Source: Escherichia coli
GTDB lineage: Bacteria > Pseudomonadota > Gammaproteobacteria > Enterobacterales > Enterobacteriaceae
Reading direction: 5' to 3' (one strand)
Assembly (NCBI RefSeq): GCF_002854065.1
Contig: NZ_CP024147.1
DNA: 64,000 nt
Under the pieces are notes generated by a model. The model saw only the letters and a list, made by a program, of their open reading frames with translations. It searched no databases and had not been told where the DNA came from. The position numbers were made by a program, and so were the translations under genes. Positions 1 through 13,008 of the stretch are shown here, piece by piece. How positions within the stretch are numbered: position 1 is the stretch's first letter; every line of letters begins with the position of its first letter.

Positions 1-54
1 TGCTAATTGAGAACCAACTTGTCCAGTGAATCCTGTAATTAATACATTATTCAT
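1..54 (-). CDS. 5' end (about 18 codons) of an SDR-family nucleotide-sugar dehydratase/epimerase gene that runs off the window start
   Basis: Minus-strand ATG at 54-52; translation MNNVLITGFTGQVGSQLA carries a TGxxGxxG Rossmann motif typical of GDP/dTDP-sugar 4,6-dehydratases; remainder lies outside the window. Confidence 0.4.
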   Translation of the reverse strand, partial: MNNVLITGFTGQVGSQLA

Positions 55-60
55 ATATGC

Positions 61-894
61 TTACCCCTTAATAACGTTTAAATATGATTCACATGATCTA
101 TCAAGAATAGATTCGAGAAAACGACTTTTGGTATTAATTTTTTTTGGCCTACCCAGCCAAAATGATTCTGGCGCATCTGTAAATTGATACTGCAGTTCTG
201 GAAATTTTTCCTGCGCTAGCGCCAAAACAATCTGTTGTCGACTGACAAGATCCGGGCCGGAGAAATTAACGATGCGAGTATCAATTTGGCTCCAATTCAA
301 TATAATATTTTTGATGCCTAACAATACATCATTAATTGAAACAACACTGCGCTCAAAACCATCAAATACATCTAATAATTTACTATTCAAACTGTGCTCT
401 TTTACCATTTCAGAGAATTTATCACCTTTCCCTAAAATGTACGAAAATCGTATTACGAAGAACCCAGGGTTATTTGAAAAATGTTCTTCAACTTCACATT
501 TCATTTGACCATATTTGCCAAATGGTTTTCGTTCTGACATTTCAGTGCACACATCAGATGTACCACCAAATACAACATCACTTGATGAGAAAATCACTCG
601 CGCATTTTTTTTAAGTAATTCAGATATCAAAGTAATTGTATTTTTCACATTAATCTTATGCGCAACGTCATAGTTTTTCTCACATTGATCAGGCGCAGAG
701 ACTGCTGAAAGAAAAATGATGGTGTCATCATTGTTTACTTGATCCAGTAAATCATTAAATTCACCAGTTTCCAGATCAAAATGAATATCTGAATTTTTTC
801 TTCCAACTGTTACCAGCGAAAAAGCATCACTAAGAAATGATTTAAGATGATTACCAACGTAACCAGTAGACCCTAGAATGAATACTTTTCTCAT
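61..894 (-). CDS. NAD(P)-binding SDR-type nucleotide-sugar reductase/epimerase (RmlD-like), O-antigen cluster
   Basis: 277 aa ORF with N-terminal GSTGYVG Rossmann motif; AT-rich; co-oriented and tightly packed with the O-antigen genes. Confidence 0.55.
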   Translation of the reverse strand: MRKVFILGSTGYVGNHLKSFLSDAFSLVTVGRKNSDIHFDLETGEFNDLLDQVNNDDTIIFLSAVSAPDQCEKNYDVAHKINVKNTITLISELLKKNARVIFSSSDVVFGGTSDVCTEMSERKPFGKYGQMKCEVEEHFSNNPGFFVIRFSYILGKGDKFSEMVKEHSLNSKLLDVFDGFERSVVSINDVLLGIKNIILNWSQIDTRIVNFSGPDLVSRQQIVLALAQEKFPELQYQFTDAPESFWLGRPKKINTKSRFLESILDRSCESYLNVIKG

Positions 895-967
895 ACTCAG
901 TTACCAAATTATACGAAGTGAAGATGTATGCACATAAAATGCTATGAAGACAATTTTATCTGCCATT

Positions 968-1942
968 TTAATAACCGACGGATAGCTCAAATACACCGTC
1001 ATGATCTTTGGTATCTTTAAATTTAATTTTATAAATTTTATTATGATTAAGGCGAAGCCAGAAACTGTTGTCTTTAATGGATACTCTTTCCCAATCACTT
1101 GTTGTGGTTTTAAAACTGACGGAGACCACATCAACATCAATATTAAAATTAACATCTGAATATTCAGCTGTTGGATTTATATCTCCAACCTTAAAAGCTA
1201 CTGTTTCAGTATTTTTGTATTCCAGGAGCTTAAGCCCATAACTTGTCAGTTTCATAATCAAATTATATTTATTGTATACACTGTCACTTGGACCTTCATC
1301 CAGAACAACACCGTTTTCAATGCAAACAAGTCGATCGGAAAGGAGCTTCAACTGGTGTTCGTCATGCGAAACGATGACGACTGTTGTGTCTGACTTTATT
1401 TTTTCACGAATGCTTTTTTGTGCTTTCTCTGCAAAAGTCACGTCACCGACACCCAGTACTTCATCAATTAACAGAACTTCAGGGGTAGTATACATGGCAA
1501 TTGAGAAACCCAAACGTGCTAGCATACCTGATGAATAATTTTTAATTGGTTTTTCGAAGAACTCATTAAGCTCTGAATATACTTTGATGTCTTCAATAAT
1601 TGATTTGATATAAGACAATCTATGACCGAGGACCATTCCACTAAAGATAGTATTCTGACGACCTGATAAGTTGGGATCAAATCCTGCCTGAAGGGCCATT
1701 AGAGAAATACTGTTTGAATGAATAGTTATTTGCCCAGAATCAGGCTTAATAATACCCGCCAGAACTCGTAGTAATGTAGATTTCCCTGCTCCATTACGCC
1801 CAATTATTCCAAGAGTTTCGCCACGATAAACATCGAATGTAATGTTTGTCAAAGCTTCATATTCATCGTAAGTAAAGAGTGTTTTCTTTTCTCTATAAAC
1901 TAAACCTACGTTTTTTAGCTCAATAATCTTTTCATTCTTCAT
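968..1942 (-). CDS. wzt: O-antigen ABC transporter ATP-binding protein Wzt, with an ~85 aa C-terminal extension
   Basis: Walker A GRNGAGKST, ABC signature YSSGM, Walker B LLIDEVL, H-loop SHD; 4 bp overlap with upstream permease gene; extra beta-rich tail after the nucleotide-binding domain. Confidence 0.85.
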   Translation of the reverse strand: MKNEKIIELKNVGLVYREKKTLFTYDEYEALTNITFDVYRGETLGIIGRNGAGKSTLLRVLAGIIKPDSGQITIHSNSISLMALQAGFDPNLSGRQNTIFSGMVLGHRLSYIKSIIEDIKVYSELNEFFEKPIKNYSSGMLARLGFSIAMYTTPEVLLIDEVLGVGDVTFAEKAQKSIREKIKSDTTVVIVSHDEHQLKLLSDRLVCIENGVVLDEGPSDSVYNKYNLIMKLTSYGLKLLEYKNTETVAFKVGDINPTAEYSDVNFNIDVDVVSVSFKTTTSDWERVSIKDNSFWLRLNHNKIYKIKFKDTKDHDGVFELSVGY

Positions 1943-2712
1943 TTCTGAACAACTCGTGGGAAGATGAATTCTAATCTCTTAAATGCATACAACGAAATAG
2001 AAATCATAATTAAAGAAAGCAGAACTACATATGCGAGCAGCTTAATATTTGGTGCATTATGATACATCAATACATCACGGTACGAACTAAGAATTACTGC
2101 CATCGGGTTAATGAAGAAAATCTTCGATTCCATCGCCGGTATACTTTTGTAATTGAAAAATATACCTGAGCAAAACATCATAATTTGAAGGCCGGTTTCA
2201 ATTACAAATGAAAAATCTCTGACAAAGGGAACAATGATTGACACTATCAAAGAAAATGCAACTATTAATAATAGCTGAACAAAAATGACTGGAATAATCC
2301 AAAGCAAGCCAAGAGTATAATCATAGCCGTACAAGACTAAAAAAATAAATAGCAGAATAAATACAAGTATCTGCTTTAACGCATCCTGCAATATAAATGT
2401 CAAAGGGAAGAATATCTTAGAAATATGTACCTGATTCATTAGGTACTTTCCTTGAATGATACTCCCTTGCGCATGACTAACGCTGCGACCAAACCATATC
2501 CAGGGGATCAGTCCAGTTAACAGGAATGGGACGTAATCATGACCACCTTGCTTAAGAAGATATGCAAAAACCAAATAGTAAATTGCCATTTGAAGGACTG
2601 GTTCGATAATCCACCAAGCATAACTTAAATAGTTTATTGATGCTTCTGATTTTAGATTAAGCTTTGCTTTAACCCAAACCAATTCAAGGGTTTTTAACGA
2701 CATGATACTCAT
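1939..2712 (-). CDS. wzm: O-antigen ABC transporter permease Wzm (ABC-2 type)
   Basis: 257 aa, highly hydrophobic multi-span protein immediately upstream of and overlapping wzt. Confidence 0.85.
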   Translation of the reverse strand: MSIMSLKTLELVWVKAKLNLKSEASINYLSYAWWIIEPVLQMAIYYLVFAYLLKQGGHDYVPFLLTGLIPWIWFGRSVSHAQGSIIQGKYLMNQVHISKIFFPLTFILQDALKQILVFILLFIFLVLYGYDYTLGLLWIIPVIFVQLLLIVAFSLIVSIIVPFVRDFSFVIETGLQIMMFCSGIFFNYKSIPAMESKIFFINPMAVILSSYRDVLMYHNAPNIKLLAYVVLLSLIMISISLYAFKRLEFIFPRVVQK

Positions 2713-2713
2713 G

Positions 2714-5650
<2,937 letters not shown>

Positions 5651-5654
<4 letters not shown>

Positions 5655-6520
5655 TCACCTTTTGCACGTGCTATAATGTATTGACCATAATCATTTTTCT
5701 TCATAGGTAGTGCATTTTTTATTGCTTCTTCTTTGCTTAACCAACCATTTCTTAATGCAATCTCTTCAAGACATGCAACCTTGAGGCCCTGAACATTCTG
5801 GATGGTTTGCACGAAGGATGACGCTTCATGCAAACTTTCGTGGGTCCCTGTATCCAACCAAGCAAAACCACGCCCCAGTAGCTCTACGTTAAGAGTACCT
5901 TCTTTGAGATACATGTCATTAAGATCAGTAATCTCCAGCTCCCCTCTCACTGAAGGTTTAACTTTTTTAGCGAAATCGATAACGCGATTATCATAGAAGT
6001 AAAGTCCAGTGACTGCATAATTTGATTTTGGTTTTGACGGTTTTTCTTCAATAGATACAGCCCGCATCTCGCTATCAAATTCAACTACACCGAAGCGTTC
6101 AGGGTCTTTCACTTGATAACCAAATACTGTTGCACCGTATTCTCTTGCAACAGCATTCTGCAGGATTTTGATAAATGATTGGCCATAAAAAATATTATCA
6201 CCCAGCACCAAACAAACTTTATCGTTTCCTATAAATTTCTCACCAATGAGGAATGCCTGCGCTAATCCATCAGGGCTGGGTTGCACGGCATAATTAAGCC
6301 GAATACCAAAATTACTGCCATCACCGAGTAACCGCTGGAAACTCGCATTATCTTCTTCAGTGGTTATTATTAATATATCTTGAATACCCGCTAGCATAAG
6401 TGTGGAAAGCGGGTAATAAATCATTGGTTTATCATAGATTGGTAATAGTTGTTTTGATACACCACGAGTTATTGGATACAATCTAGTGCCAGAGCCGCCT
6501 GCTAAAATAATACCTTTCAT
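5651..6520 (-). CDS. rmlA: Glucose-1-phosphate thymidylyltransferase
   Basis: 289 aa; [19 protein letters not shown]-terminus and overall RmlA/RfbA sequence signature. Confidence 0.95.
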
Positions 6521-6532
6521 CTTTTATCCTTA

Positions 6533-7621
6533 CTACTCTACGAGCCCTAAGCGTTCACCAGCGTACGAACCATCCATCACACGCTGCCACCATTCTTTAT
6601 TATTTAAATACCAGTGAATGGTTTTAGTGATACCCGTTTCAAACGTTTCTTGCGGCACCCAACCTAAATCTTGTTTAATTTTACTGGCGTCAATGGCATA
6701 TCTAAGGTCATGCCCTGGACGATCGCTAACATACCGAATCAACTGTTCAAAATTTTCAATGCCATCTGGTTTATCTGCAATCAATTCATCGAGAATGCGA
6801 CAAATAGTTTTCACTACATCGATATTTTTACGTTCGTTATGACCACCAATATTATATGTTTCTCCCGGCACACCCTTTGTGACGACTTCATAAAGTGCCC
6901 GGGCATGATCTTCAACATATAACCAATCTCGAATTTGCTCACCGTTCCCATAAACAGGTAAAAGTTTACCCGCAATTGCATTCAGAATAATTAACGGAAT
7001 GAGTTTTTCAGGGAAATGGTACGGCCCATAATTATTAGAACAATTTGTCACTATGGTGGGTAATCCATATGTACGCCGCCATGCACGAACTAAGTGATCA
7101 CTGGATGCCTTAGAGGCGGAATATGGACTGCTAGGGGAATATGAAGTTTGTTCTGTAAACAATGGCAATATTGTATCTGACGATACTTCATCCGGATGAG
7201 GAAGGTCACCATAAACCTCATCCGTAGAAATATGGTGGAAGCGAAATGCACCTTTGCGATCTTCACTAAGTGCTAGCCAATACTTACGAGCTTCTTCTAG
7301 TAAGATATATGTTCCAACAATATTGGTTTCAATAAAGTCTGCAGGGCCTGTGATTGAACGATCAACGTGGCTTTCGGCTGCCAAATGCATTATTGCATCT
7401 GGTTGGTGATGTGCAAAAATATTGGCTATTGCAACGCTGTCGCAAATATCCGCATGCTCAAATTTATACCGCTCGTTATTCTCAATCTCTGTCAGAGATT
7501 CCAAATTACCTGCATAGGTAAGTTTATCAACATTGATGACAGAGTCTTGCGTATTATTAATTATATGACGAACAACTGCAGACCCAATAAAACCTGCACC
7601 ACCTGTAACCAGTATTTTCAC
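6533..7621 (-). CDS. rmlB: dTDP-glucose 4,6-dehydratase
   Basis: 362 aa; [22 protein letters not shown]-terminus; first gene after the galF-rmlB intergenic region, as in E. coli rfb clusters. Confidence 0.95.
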   Translation of the reverse strand: MKILVTGGAGFIGSAVVRHIINNTQDSVINVDKLTYAGNLESLTEIENNERYKFEHADICDSVAIANIFAHHQPDAIMHLAAESHVDRSITGPADFIETNIVGTYILLEEARKYWLALSEDRKGAFRFHHISTDEVYGDLPHPDEVSSDTILPLFTEQTSYSPSSPYSASKASSDHLVRAWRRTYGLPTIVTNCSNNYGPYHFPEKLIPLIILNAIAGKLLPVYGNGEQIRDWLYVEDHARALYEVVTKGVPGETYNIGGHNERKNIDVVKTICRILDELIADKPDGIENFEQLIRYVSDRPGHDLRYAIDASKIKQDLGWVPQETFETGITKTIHWYLNNKEWWQRVMDGSYAGERLGLVE

Positions 7622-7715
7622 TTTGAATTTCCGCTATGACTTATAACTTATGGCTTGATAATATGAATGTTTGTTAAGAACAATCTGAATATTAAAAAAG
7701 ACACTTATGATTAGA

Positions 7716-7727
7716 CACGCTACCGCC
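7716..7727 (-). promoter_or_regulatory. ops element (GGCGGTAGCGTG) within a JUMPstart sequence; RfaH-dependent antitermination signal for the O-antigen operon
   Basis: Plus strand reads CACGCTACCGCC, so the minus-strand transcript carries the exact 12-nt ops consensus about 95 bp upstream of the rmlB start. Confidence 0.75.
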
Positions 7728-8044
7728 CCTGGCTCTCCAGCTACCAGCGCACTGCACCTTCAATGATAAAAATCATTTATGTCAAGGTAAAAATCCGCAA
7801 CGACTCCCACCTGCAAACCCAAAAAATTTCGGCAACTATTTTCGTCTTAAATGCATTTGAACTCAAGGAAAAATCTTATAAACGATATGCAACGCCTACA
7901 TTTCTAACCTATTGTTATTTTTTACTTTGTTTTATGAAATAAAAAGGCAGTGAAGCTAGTAGTAGGTTACCCTACATACTTATGCCCATCTGCCGTTCTA
8001 AAACGCCGTTCTTAAATTTGCTTTATCGTTTACTGAGAAACGAC

Positions 8045-8935
8045 TTAAGATAACAACTTTTCAATACTTTTCCTGATCTTAGCCCCTTCCTTCAGGTTGC
8101 GCAACCCATACTGCACAAACGCCTGCATATACCCCATCTTCTTCCCGCAGTCGTAGCTCTCACCCGTCATCAGCATCGCGTCAACAGACTGCTTATTCGC
8201 CAGTTCGGCGATCGCATCCGTCAGTTGAATTCGGCCCCACGCCCCCGGCACGGTCTTCGCCAGTTCAGGCCAGATATCAGCGGAAAGTACATAGCGGCCT
8301 ACGGCCATCAGATCGGATTCCAGCGTCTGCGGCTGGTCAGGTTTTTCGATAAAATCAACGATACGGCTAACTTTACCTTCGACATCCAGCGGCTCTTTCG
8401 TTTTGATGACGGAGTATTCAGACAGGTCGCCCGGCATACGTTTCGCCAGCACCTGGCTACGCCCGGTTTCGTTGAAACGCGCCACCATGGCGGCAAGGTT
8501 GTAGCGCAGCGGGTCGGCGCTTGCGTTGTCCAGCACGATATCCGGCAACACAACCACAAACGGGTTATCGCCGACAATCGGATGTGCGCACAGGATAGAG
8601 TGTCCCAGGCCCAACGGCTGCGCCTGGCGAACGTTCATGATGGTCACGCCAGGAGGACAGATAGATTGAACTTCAGCCAGCAGCTGACGCTTCACGCGCT
8701 GCTCAAGCAGTGCTTCCAGTTCATACGAGGTATCGAAGTGGTTTTCCACCGAGTTTTTCGATGCGTGTGTGACCAGAACGATTTCTTTGATCCCTGCAGC
8801 AACCACTTCGTCGACGATGTACTGAATCATCGGCTTGTCAACGATCGGCAGCATCTCTTTAGGGATGGCCTTCGTGGCAGGTAGCATGTTCATACCCAAT
8901 CCCGCTACCGGAATGACTGCTTTCAAATTAACCAT
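8045..8935 (-). CDS. galF: UTP-glucose-1-phosphate uridylyltransferase regulatory paralog GalF
   Basis: [43 protein letters not shown] matches GalF; ORF track start at 8947 probably over-extended by 4 codons. Confidence 0.93.
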   Translation of the reverse strand: MVNLKAVIPVAGLGMNMLPATKAIPKEMLPIVDKPMIQYIVDEVVAAGIKEIVLVTHASKNSVENHFDTSYELEALLEQRVKRQLLAEVQSICPPGVTIMNVRQAQPLGLGHSILCAHPIVGDNPFVVVLPDIVLDNASADPLRYNLAAMVARFNETGRSQVLAKRMPGDLSEYSVIKTKEPLDVEGKVSRIVDFIEKPDQPQTLESDLMAVGRYVLSADIWPELAKTVPGAWGRIQLTDAIAELANKQSVDAMLMTGESYDCGKKMGYMQAFVQYGLRNLKEGAKIRKSIEKLLS

Positions 8936-9069
8936 TATCTTGTCCACCTATATATCGGTTGATGAATTATAGCGATTAAACATGTTTAATCCACTCTGTT
9001 TTGTCATAGTACTGATTTGAGTCAGGATGATCCCTGGATGTAATCCGATAATTCAGTGGATTGCCGTGC

Positions 9070-10467
9070 TCAGCGGCGCGGCAGCGCAAAATTGAGGCGT
9101 TCTGTGTTGACAACATGCTGATCGACCCGATCAATATCCACCGCCGCCTGCCCTTTCTCATTCACCGCCCTCACGTTCGCCAGCGACAGCAGCGTATCCT
9201 GCTTCGCCATAAACTTCCCACGCACATCCTTGCGTAAATCGAAGTTCAGCTTCAGCGCAGGCCCACGAAAGGAGAGCTGCATCACGTTGATGTTCCTCAA
9301 AAAAATGTGTTGCGGTTTGTTATGAATCTCCAGCGAAGCGTGCTTCATGGACAGGTTGGTGATAGAGACAAACGAGGGGTTGTTACCCGAGGAAATTTGA
9401 ATACCGCGGACCGTATAGGCCAAAGCACTGTTGTCCATCTGTATATTATTCAGGCGGAAGTTTTGCGGTATCGACAAATAATTACCTTTGATAACACCGT
9501 AGCCAATCAGCATTCCCGCGCTATTAACCATATCGACACCATCAATAACGAAATTATCACAGCCGTAGATCGCCACCGTGGCGTTATCTATTCCCGCCTG
9601 CTTGCTGAATTCCGGCGTGATATTGCTGGCTTTCACATTACGTATAATAAAGTGTTTGCCGTTTTCCACGTGCACCAGCTGGCGGCAGTTGCTGCCGGTG
9701 ATGTTGGCGACGACAAAGTTTTTCACCGCCTGCTCTTCCGGGTAGCCATTATCGTAGGTGCTGCCGGCCAGGCCGATCCCGATGCCCCAGTTGACCTTAC
9801 CGTTGGTGCAGTCGATATGGTCGATGACGTGGTCGGAGATAAGGATATTGCGGTCGTTAATCGCCACGTTCCACTCAATGGCGTCGCCCTGCAGATAGCT
9901 GAAGTGGCAGTGGGTGATGTTCACATCAAGCCACTGATTATGGTAGCCCTGACGCAGAATACCGTAATTGGCTTTGGTGATGGTCAGGCGGGTAATGGTC
10001 AGGTTACGCAGCGTACGCTTGTCTTTCCCGCCGATGAAAATCTGCACCACTGGGCCGTAGCCGCTCATCGTCAATCCGGCAATCGTACAATCACTACCAC
10101 GGACGTCCAGCGTAATGTTGTAGAGGCTGGCTTCACCGCTGCCGATCACCTGGCAGCCCTTTTGCAGGATAAAGCGCCCGCGCCCGTTGCCTTTCAGGGC
10201 ACCGGCAACCGCCAGCGTTTTCCCCGGCGGCAGCGTAATCGCCGTATTGATATTGTCGCAAACCACACTCGCTGGCACGTTGACGGTGTCGGCCTGCGCG
10301 AAGGCCTCATTGAACGCGCGGATCCAGTCGCCATTGTGCACGTAGTCACGTATGTCCACTGCCGAGCGCTTCTCAGCAGCACGCGCGGCGGTTGCTGAAA
10401 GTACCGGTAAGGCCGCGGCAAGCGTTGCCCCGGCGATAAGGAAGTAACGTCGGGTTAAGGTGTGCAT
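9070..10467 (-). CDS. wcaM: Colanic acid biosynthesis protein WcaM (Tat-signal, beta-helix protein)
   Basis: 465 aa; N-terminal [16 protein letters not shown] twin-arginine signal; position between galF and wcaL. Confidence 0.88.
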   Translation of the reverse strand: MHTLTRRYFLIAGATLAAALPVLSATAARAAEKRSAVDIRDYVHNGDWIRAFNEAFAQADTVNVPASVVCDNINTAITLPPGKTLAVAGALKGNGRGRFILQKGCQVIGSGEASLYNITLDVRGSDCTIAGLTMSGYGPVVQIFIGGKDKRTLRNLTITRLTITKANYGILRQGYHNQWLDVNITHCHFSYLQGDAIEWNVAINDRNILISDHVIDHIDCTNGKVNWGIGIGLAGSTYDNGYPEEQAVKNFVVANITGSNCRQLVHVENGKHFIIRNVKASNITPEFSKQAGIDNATVAIYGCDNFVIDGVDMVNSAGMLIGYGVIKGNYLSIPQNFRLNNIQMDNSALAYTVRGIQISSGNNPSFVSITNLSMKHASLEIHNKPQHIFLRNINVMQLSFRGPALKLNFDLRKDVRGKFMAKQDTLLSLANVRAVNEKGQAAVDIDRVDQHVVNTERLNFALPRR

Positions 10468-10476
10468 AGCGCCTCC

Positions 10477-11700
10477 TTAGCAAAGCGTCTGCAGCAGGCT
10501 GGCAAGCTGCCGGTTAATCACCTGCTGATTAAAATCGGTTTCGACTTTCTCACGTGCGCGCGCCAGCACCGGCTGCAGGCTGTGCGCATCCATCCGGCCA
10601 AGTGATTGCAGTTTGTCTGCCAGCGCCGTGGCGTCGTACTCCTCCACCAGCCAGCCGGAATGACCGGAGTCAATCAGTTCCGGGATGCCGCTGTGGACCG
10701 TCGACAGCACCGGGATCCCCACCGCCATCGCCTCCATGAGCGCCACCGGAATACCTTCCATATCGCCATCGGCCCCCGTTACCGAGGGCAGCAGGAAGAC
10801 GTCAGCTTCATCAAGCAGCATTTTCACTTCATGGCTGGGCTTAAAACCCGGCATTTCTACGTGATCTTCCAGCTGATACTGTTCAATCAGGGTGCGCAGA
10901 CGGCGCTCCCACGGCCCGATGCCGAGGATGCGATAGCGAAAGTTGACGCCACGCTCTTTCAGCTGGCGGCAGGCTTCAATCGCCACATGCAGCCCCTTTT
11001 TCTCGGTCAGACGCGCAACGGAGAGTATCTGCAAGCAGCCATCGGGCGCTTTTAGCGGGCGCAGCGAGAAGCGGTCCATGTTTACGCCCATTCTTGATAC
11101 GGTAATTTTATCCGTCGGGCAGCCCATCGCCTGCAGCCGGTCTGCCCACAGTTGGCTGATGGGCAACATCATGTCGCCGCGGCGGAACAGCTGCTGATAT
11201 TCGCTGGTGTAGTGGTTCAACACTCCGCGGCTTGAGATATCAATACCGTGAAAGACGGTGGCTATCTTCCCGTCGATCACCCCCAGTTCGCGCAGCTTGG
11301 CGGCGGTCACTCCTGCCGGGCCAAAGTGGGCGATGTAAACATCGGCGACAATCGGCGCGGGAGTGCGGCTACAGATAGAAGAGAGGATCAGATTGCGCGC
11401 CTCCTGCCCGTAGCGCCGCGCGTTTAACGCCCGCCAGACGGCGGGACGGTGTAAACCGCGCAACGTGCTGAACGCGCGATAGCGTAGCTTCTCCAGCGCC
11501 GTTGACGGCTCATCCTGTAACCAGCGAACTTTGTCCGCCAGTTGATACTGGGTATAAGCCGCATGAGTATTGGTCAGGTCGCCCTTTTGTAGGGCGACAA
11601 TCTCCACCTCATAACCCATCTCGATGAACGCCACGATCTGGTTTAAGACAAACGTCTCAGACGATAAAGGAAATTTCAGCAGGAAGAAGCTGACTTTCAT
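10477..11700 (-). CDS. wcaL: Colanic acid glycosyltransferase WcaL (GT4 family)
   Basis: 407 aa; position and length match wcaL; 4 bp overlap with wcaK. Confidence 0.88.
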   Translation of the reverse strand: MKVSFFLLKFPLSSETFVLNQIVAFIEMGYEVEIVALQKGDLTNTHAAYTQYQLADKVRWLQDEPSTALEKLRYRAFSTLRGLHRPAVWRALNARRYGQEARNLILSSICSRTPAPIVADVYIAHFGPAGVTAAKLRELGVIDGKIATVFHGIDISSRGVLNHYTSEYQQLFRRGDMMLPISQLWADRLQAMGCPTDKITVSRMGVNMDRFSLRPLKAPDGCLQILSVARLTEKKGLHVAIEACRQLKERGVNFRYRILGIGPWERRLRTLIEQYQLEDHVEMPGFKPSHEVKMLLDEADVFLLPSVTGADGDMEGIPVALMEAMAVGIPVLSTVHSGIPELIDSGHSGWLVEEYDATALADKLQSLGRMDAHSLQPVLARAREKVETDFNQQVINRQLASLLQTLC

Positions 11701-12977
11701 CGGCCCTCCCGGATGCGGTTCAGCACCGATTCAATCATGGTGAAGCCCTTCTGGCGTTCCCCCTCCACCGCCGCGGCGACTTTCTCGCCCAGCGCCGGAA
11801 GCTGGTTGAGAATATCGCCCACCACGCCTTGCATCGAGCCGTCGAGCAGGTGACGAATGTCGATGGCCATCTCAGGCATACCCAGCTGCTGCATAATGCC
11901 CGCTGATTTGTGCTCGTAGTTAATGGCAATCGCCGGCGTGCCGAAGTTCATCGAGATGATCGCCGAGTGCAGGCGGGTACCAATGGTCAGTTCGCAGGAG
12001 GCAAGAATTTTGCCAATCTCCACGTCATTAAGTTCGTCCATGGCGATGTGGAAATGCTCGCGGTTTTTGACGTACTGCGCCATGCGCAGCGCGACCATGC
12101 GGTCATCGCGGTTGTAGCGGTCGATACTGGTGCAAGTAGAAAGCGCCAGCACCTGATAACCGTCGTCAATCATACGGTTCACCACCTCGGCAAACGCTTT
12201 TTCATAGGCCTGCTGGGTTGTACCCAGACGCTTATCAAACGGCTCCAGCTCGCGCAGAGTAATCGCCACGGTTTTACGCTGTGCGGTCAGGTTCAGCCAG
12301 TGCTGTACCGCGTAGCTCGGTTCGAAACTGTCGTTACGATGCTCAACCAGCCAGGCGGTGTCCACGCCCTGCTCCACCTTACCGGTGTCGATATTCGCCT
12401 TCGCCATCAGCTCACGGCTGACGGTTTCACGCAGAATCAACGCGTTAGTGCGGCCAAAGACGTAGTTCGCCAGCTCGTTGAAGTCCGGGTTCTGGAACGG
12501 GCCAACGCTGTGGCCAATCATGTAGATAGGCTTGTTGGCCATAAAGGCGCACAGCGGGTACTCAAAGTGAGTCAAGCCGTAGAGATCGACGTAGTTCGAC
12601 CCACCTACCTGAATAATCGCGTCATAGTTGCCAAGGAAGCGCACAAACTCATGAAACTCTGGCGCAATTTCAAAGTTGCGCAGTTTGCCTTCGCCGGTCA
12701 CCTTGGCCAGCAGGATCTTGTGCTGGAAGCGGCGACGCAGCACTTTCTTCACGCGCCCGCTCACCCCTGCAGCCGCCTGCTGTTTCTGGCTCAGCTGATA
12801 CAGCGGATCGGCAATAATCTCACGCCCCTGCAACCAGGAGGAACTGATCGGGAAACGGCTCATTACGTCCATTTCAACGTCCGGCTGCTGGCGAAGAATC
12901 GCATCGAGCAGGCCGCGCATAATCGCGCTGTCGCCGCGGTTGCCGCAGGTGTGGTTTCCCAAAATTAGTAATTTCAT
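11697..12977 (-). CDS. wcaK: Colanic acid pyruvyl transferase WcaK
   Basis: MKLLILGNHTCGNRGDSAI N-terminus (polysaccharide pyruvyl transferase); ORF track start at 13007 is probably an upstream extension. Confidence 0.88.
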   Translation of the reverse strand: MKLLILGNHTCGNRGDSAIMRGLLDAILRQQPDVEMDVMSRFPISSSWLQGREIIADPLYQLSQKQQAAAGVSGRVKKVLRRRFQHKILLAKVTGEGKLRNFEIAPEFHEFVRFLGNYDAIIQVGGSNYVDLYGLTHFEYPLCAFMANKPIYMIGHSVGPFQNPDFNELANYVFGRTNALILRETVSRELMAKANIDTGKVEQGVDTAWLVEHRNDSFEPSYAVQHWLNLTAQRKTVAITLRELEPFDKRLGTTQQAYEKAFAEVVNRMIDDGYQVLALSTCTSIDRYNRDDRMVALRMAQYVKNREHFHIAMDELNDVEIGKILASCELTIGTRLHSAIISMNFGTPAIAINYEHKSAGIMQQLGMPEMAIDIRHLLDGSMQGVVGDILNQLPALGEKVAAAVEGERQKGFTMIESVLNRIREGR

Positions 12978-13008
12978 CATGGCCTCATCAAAAAGGGGTT
13001 CAAGCAAA

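Noticed and set aside
9307-10398. 363-aa plus-strand ORF inside wcaM
   Set aside because: Entirely antisense to wcaM; low-complexity Val/Asp/Gly-rich translation; judged spurious. The same reasoning applies to the long antisense ORFs at 16252-17226, 20338-21291, 21537-22376, 27193-28218, 28687-29499, 32297-32968 and 54825-55898.
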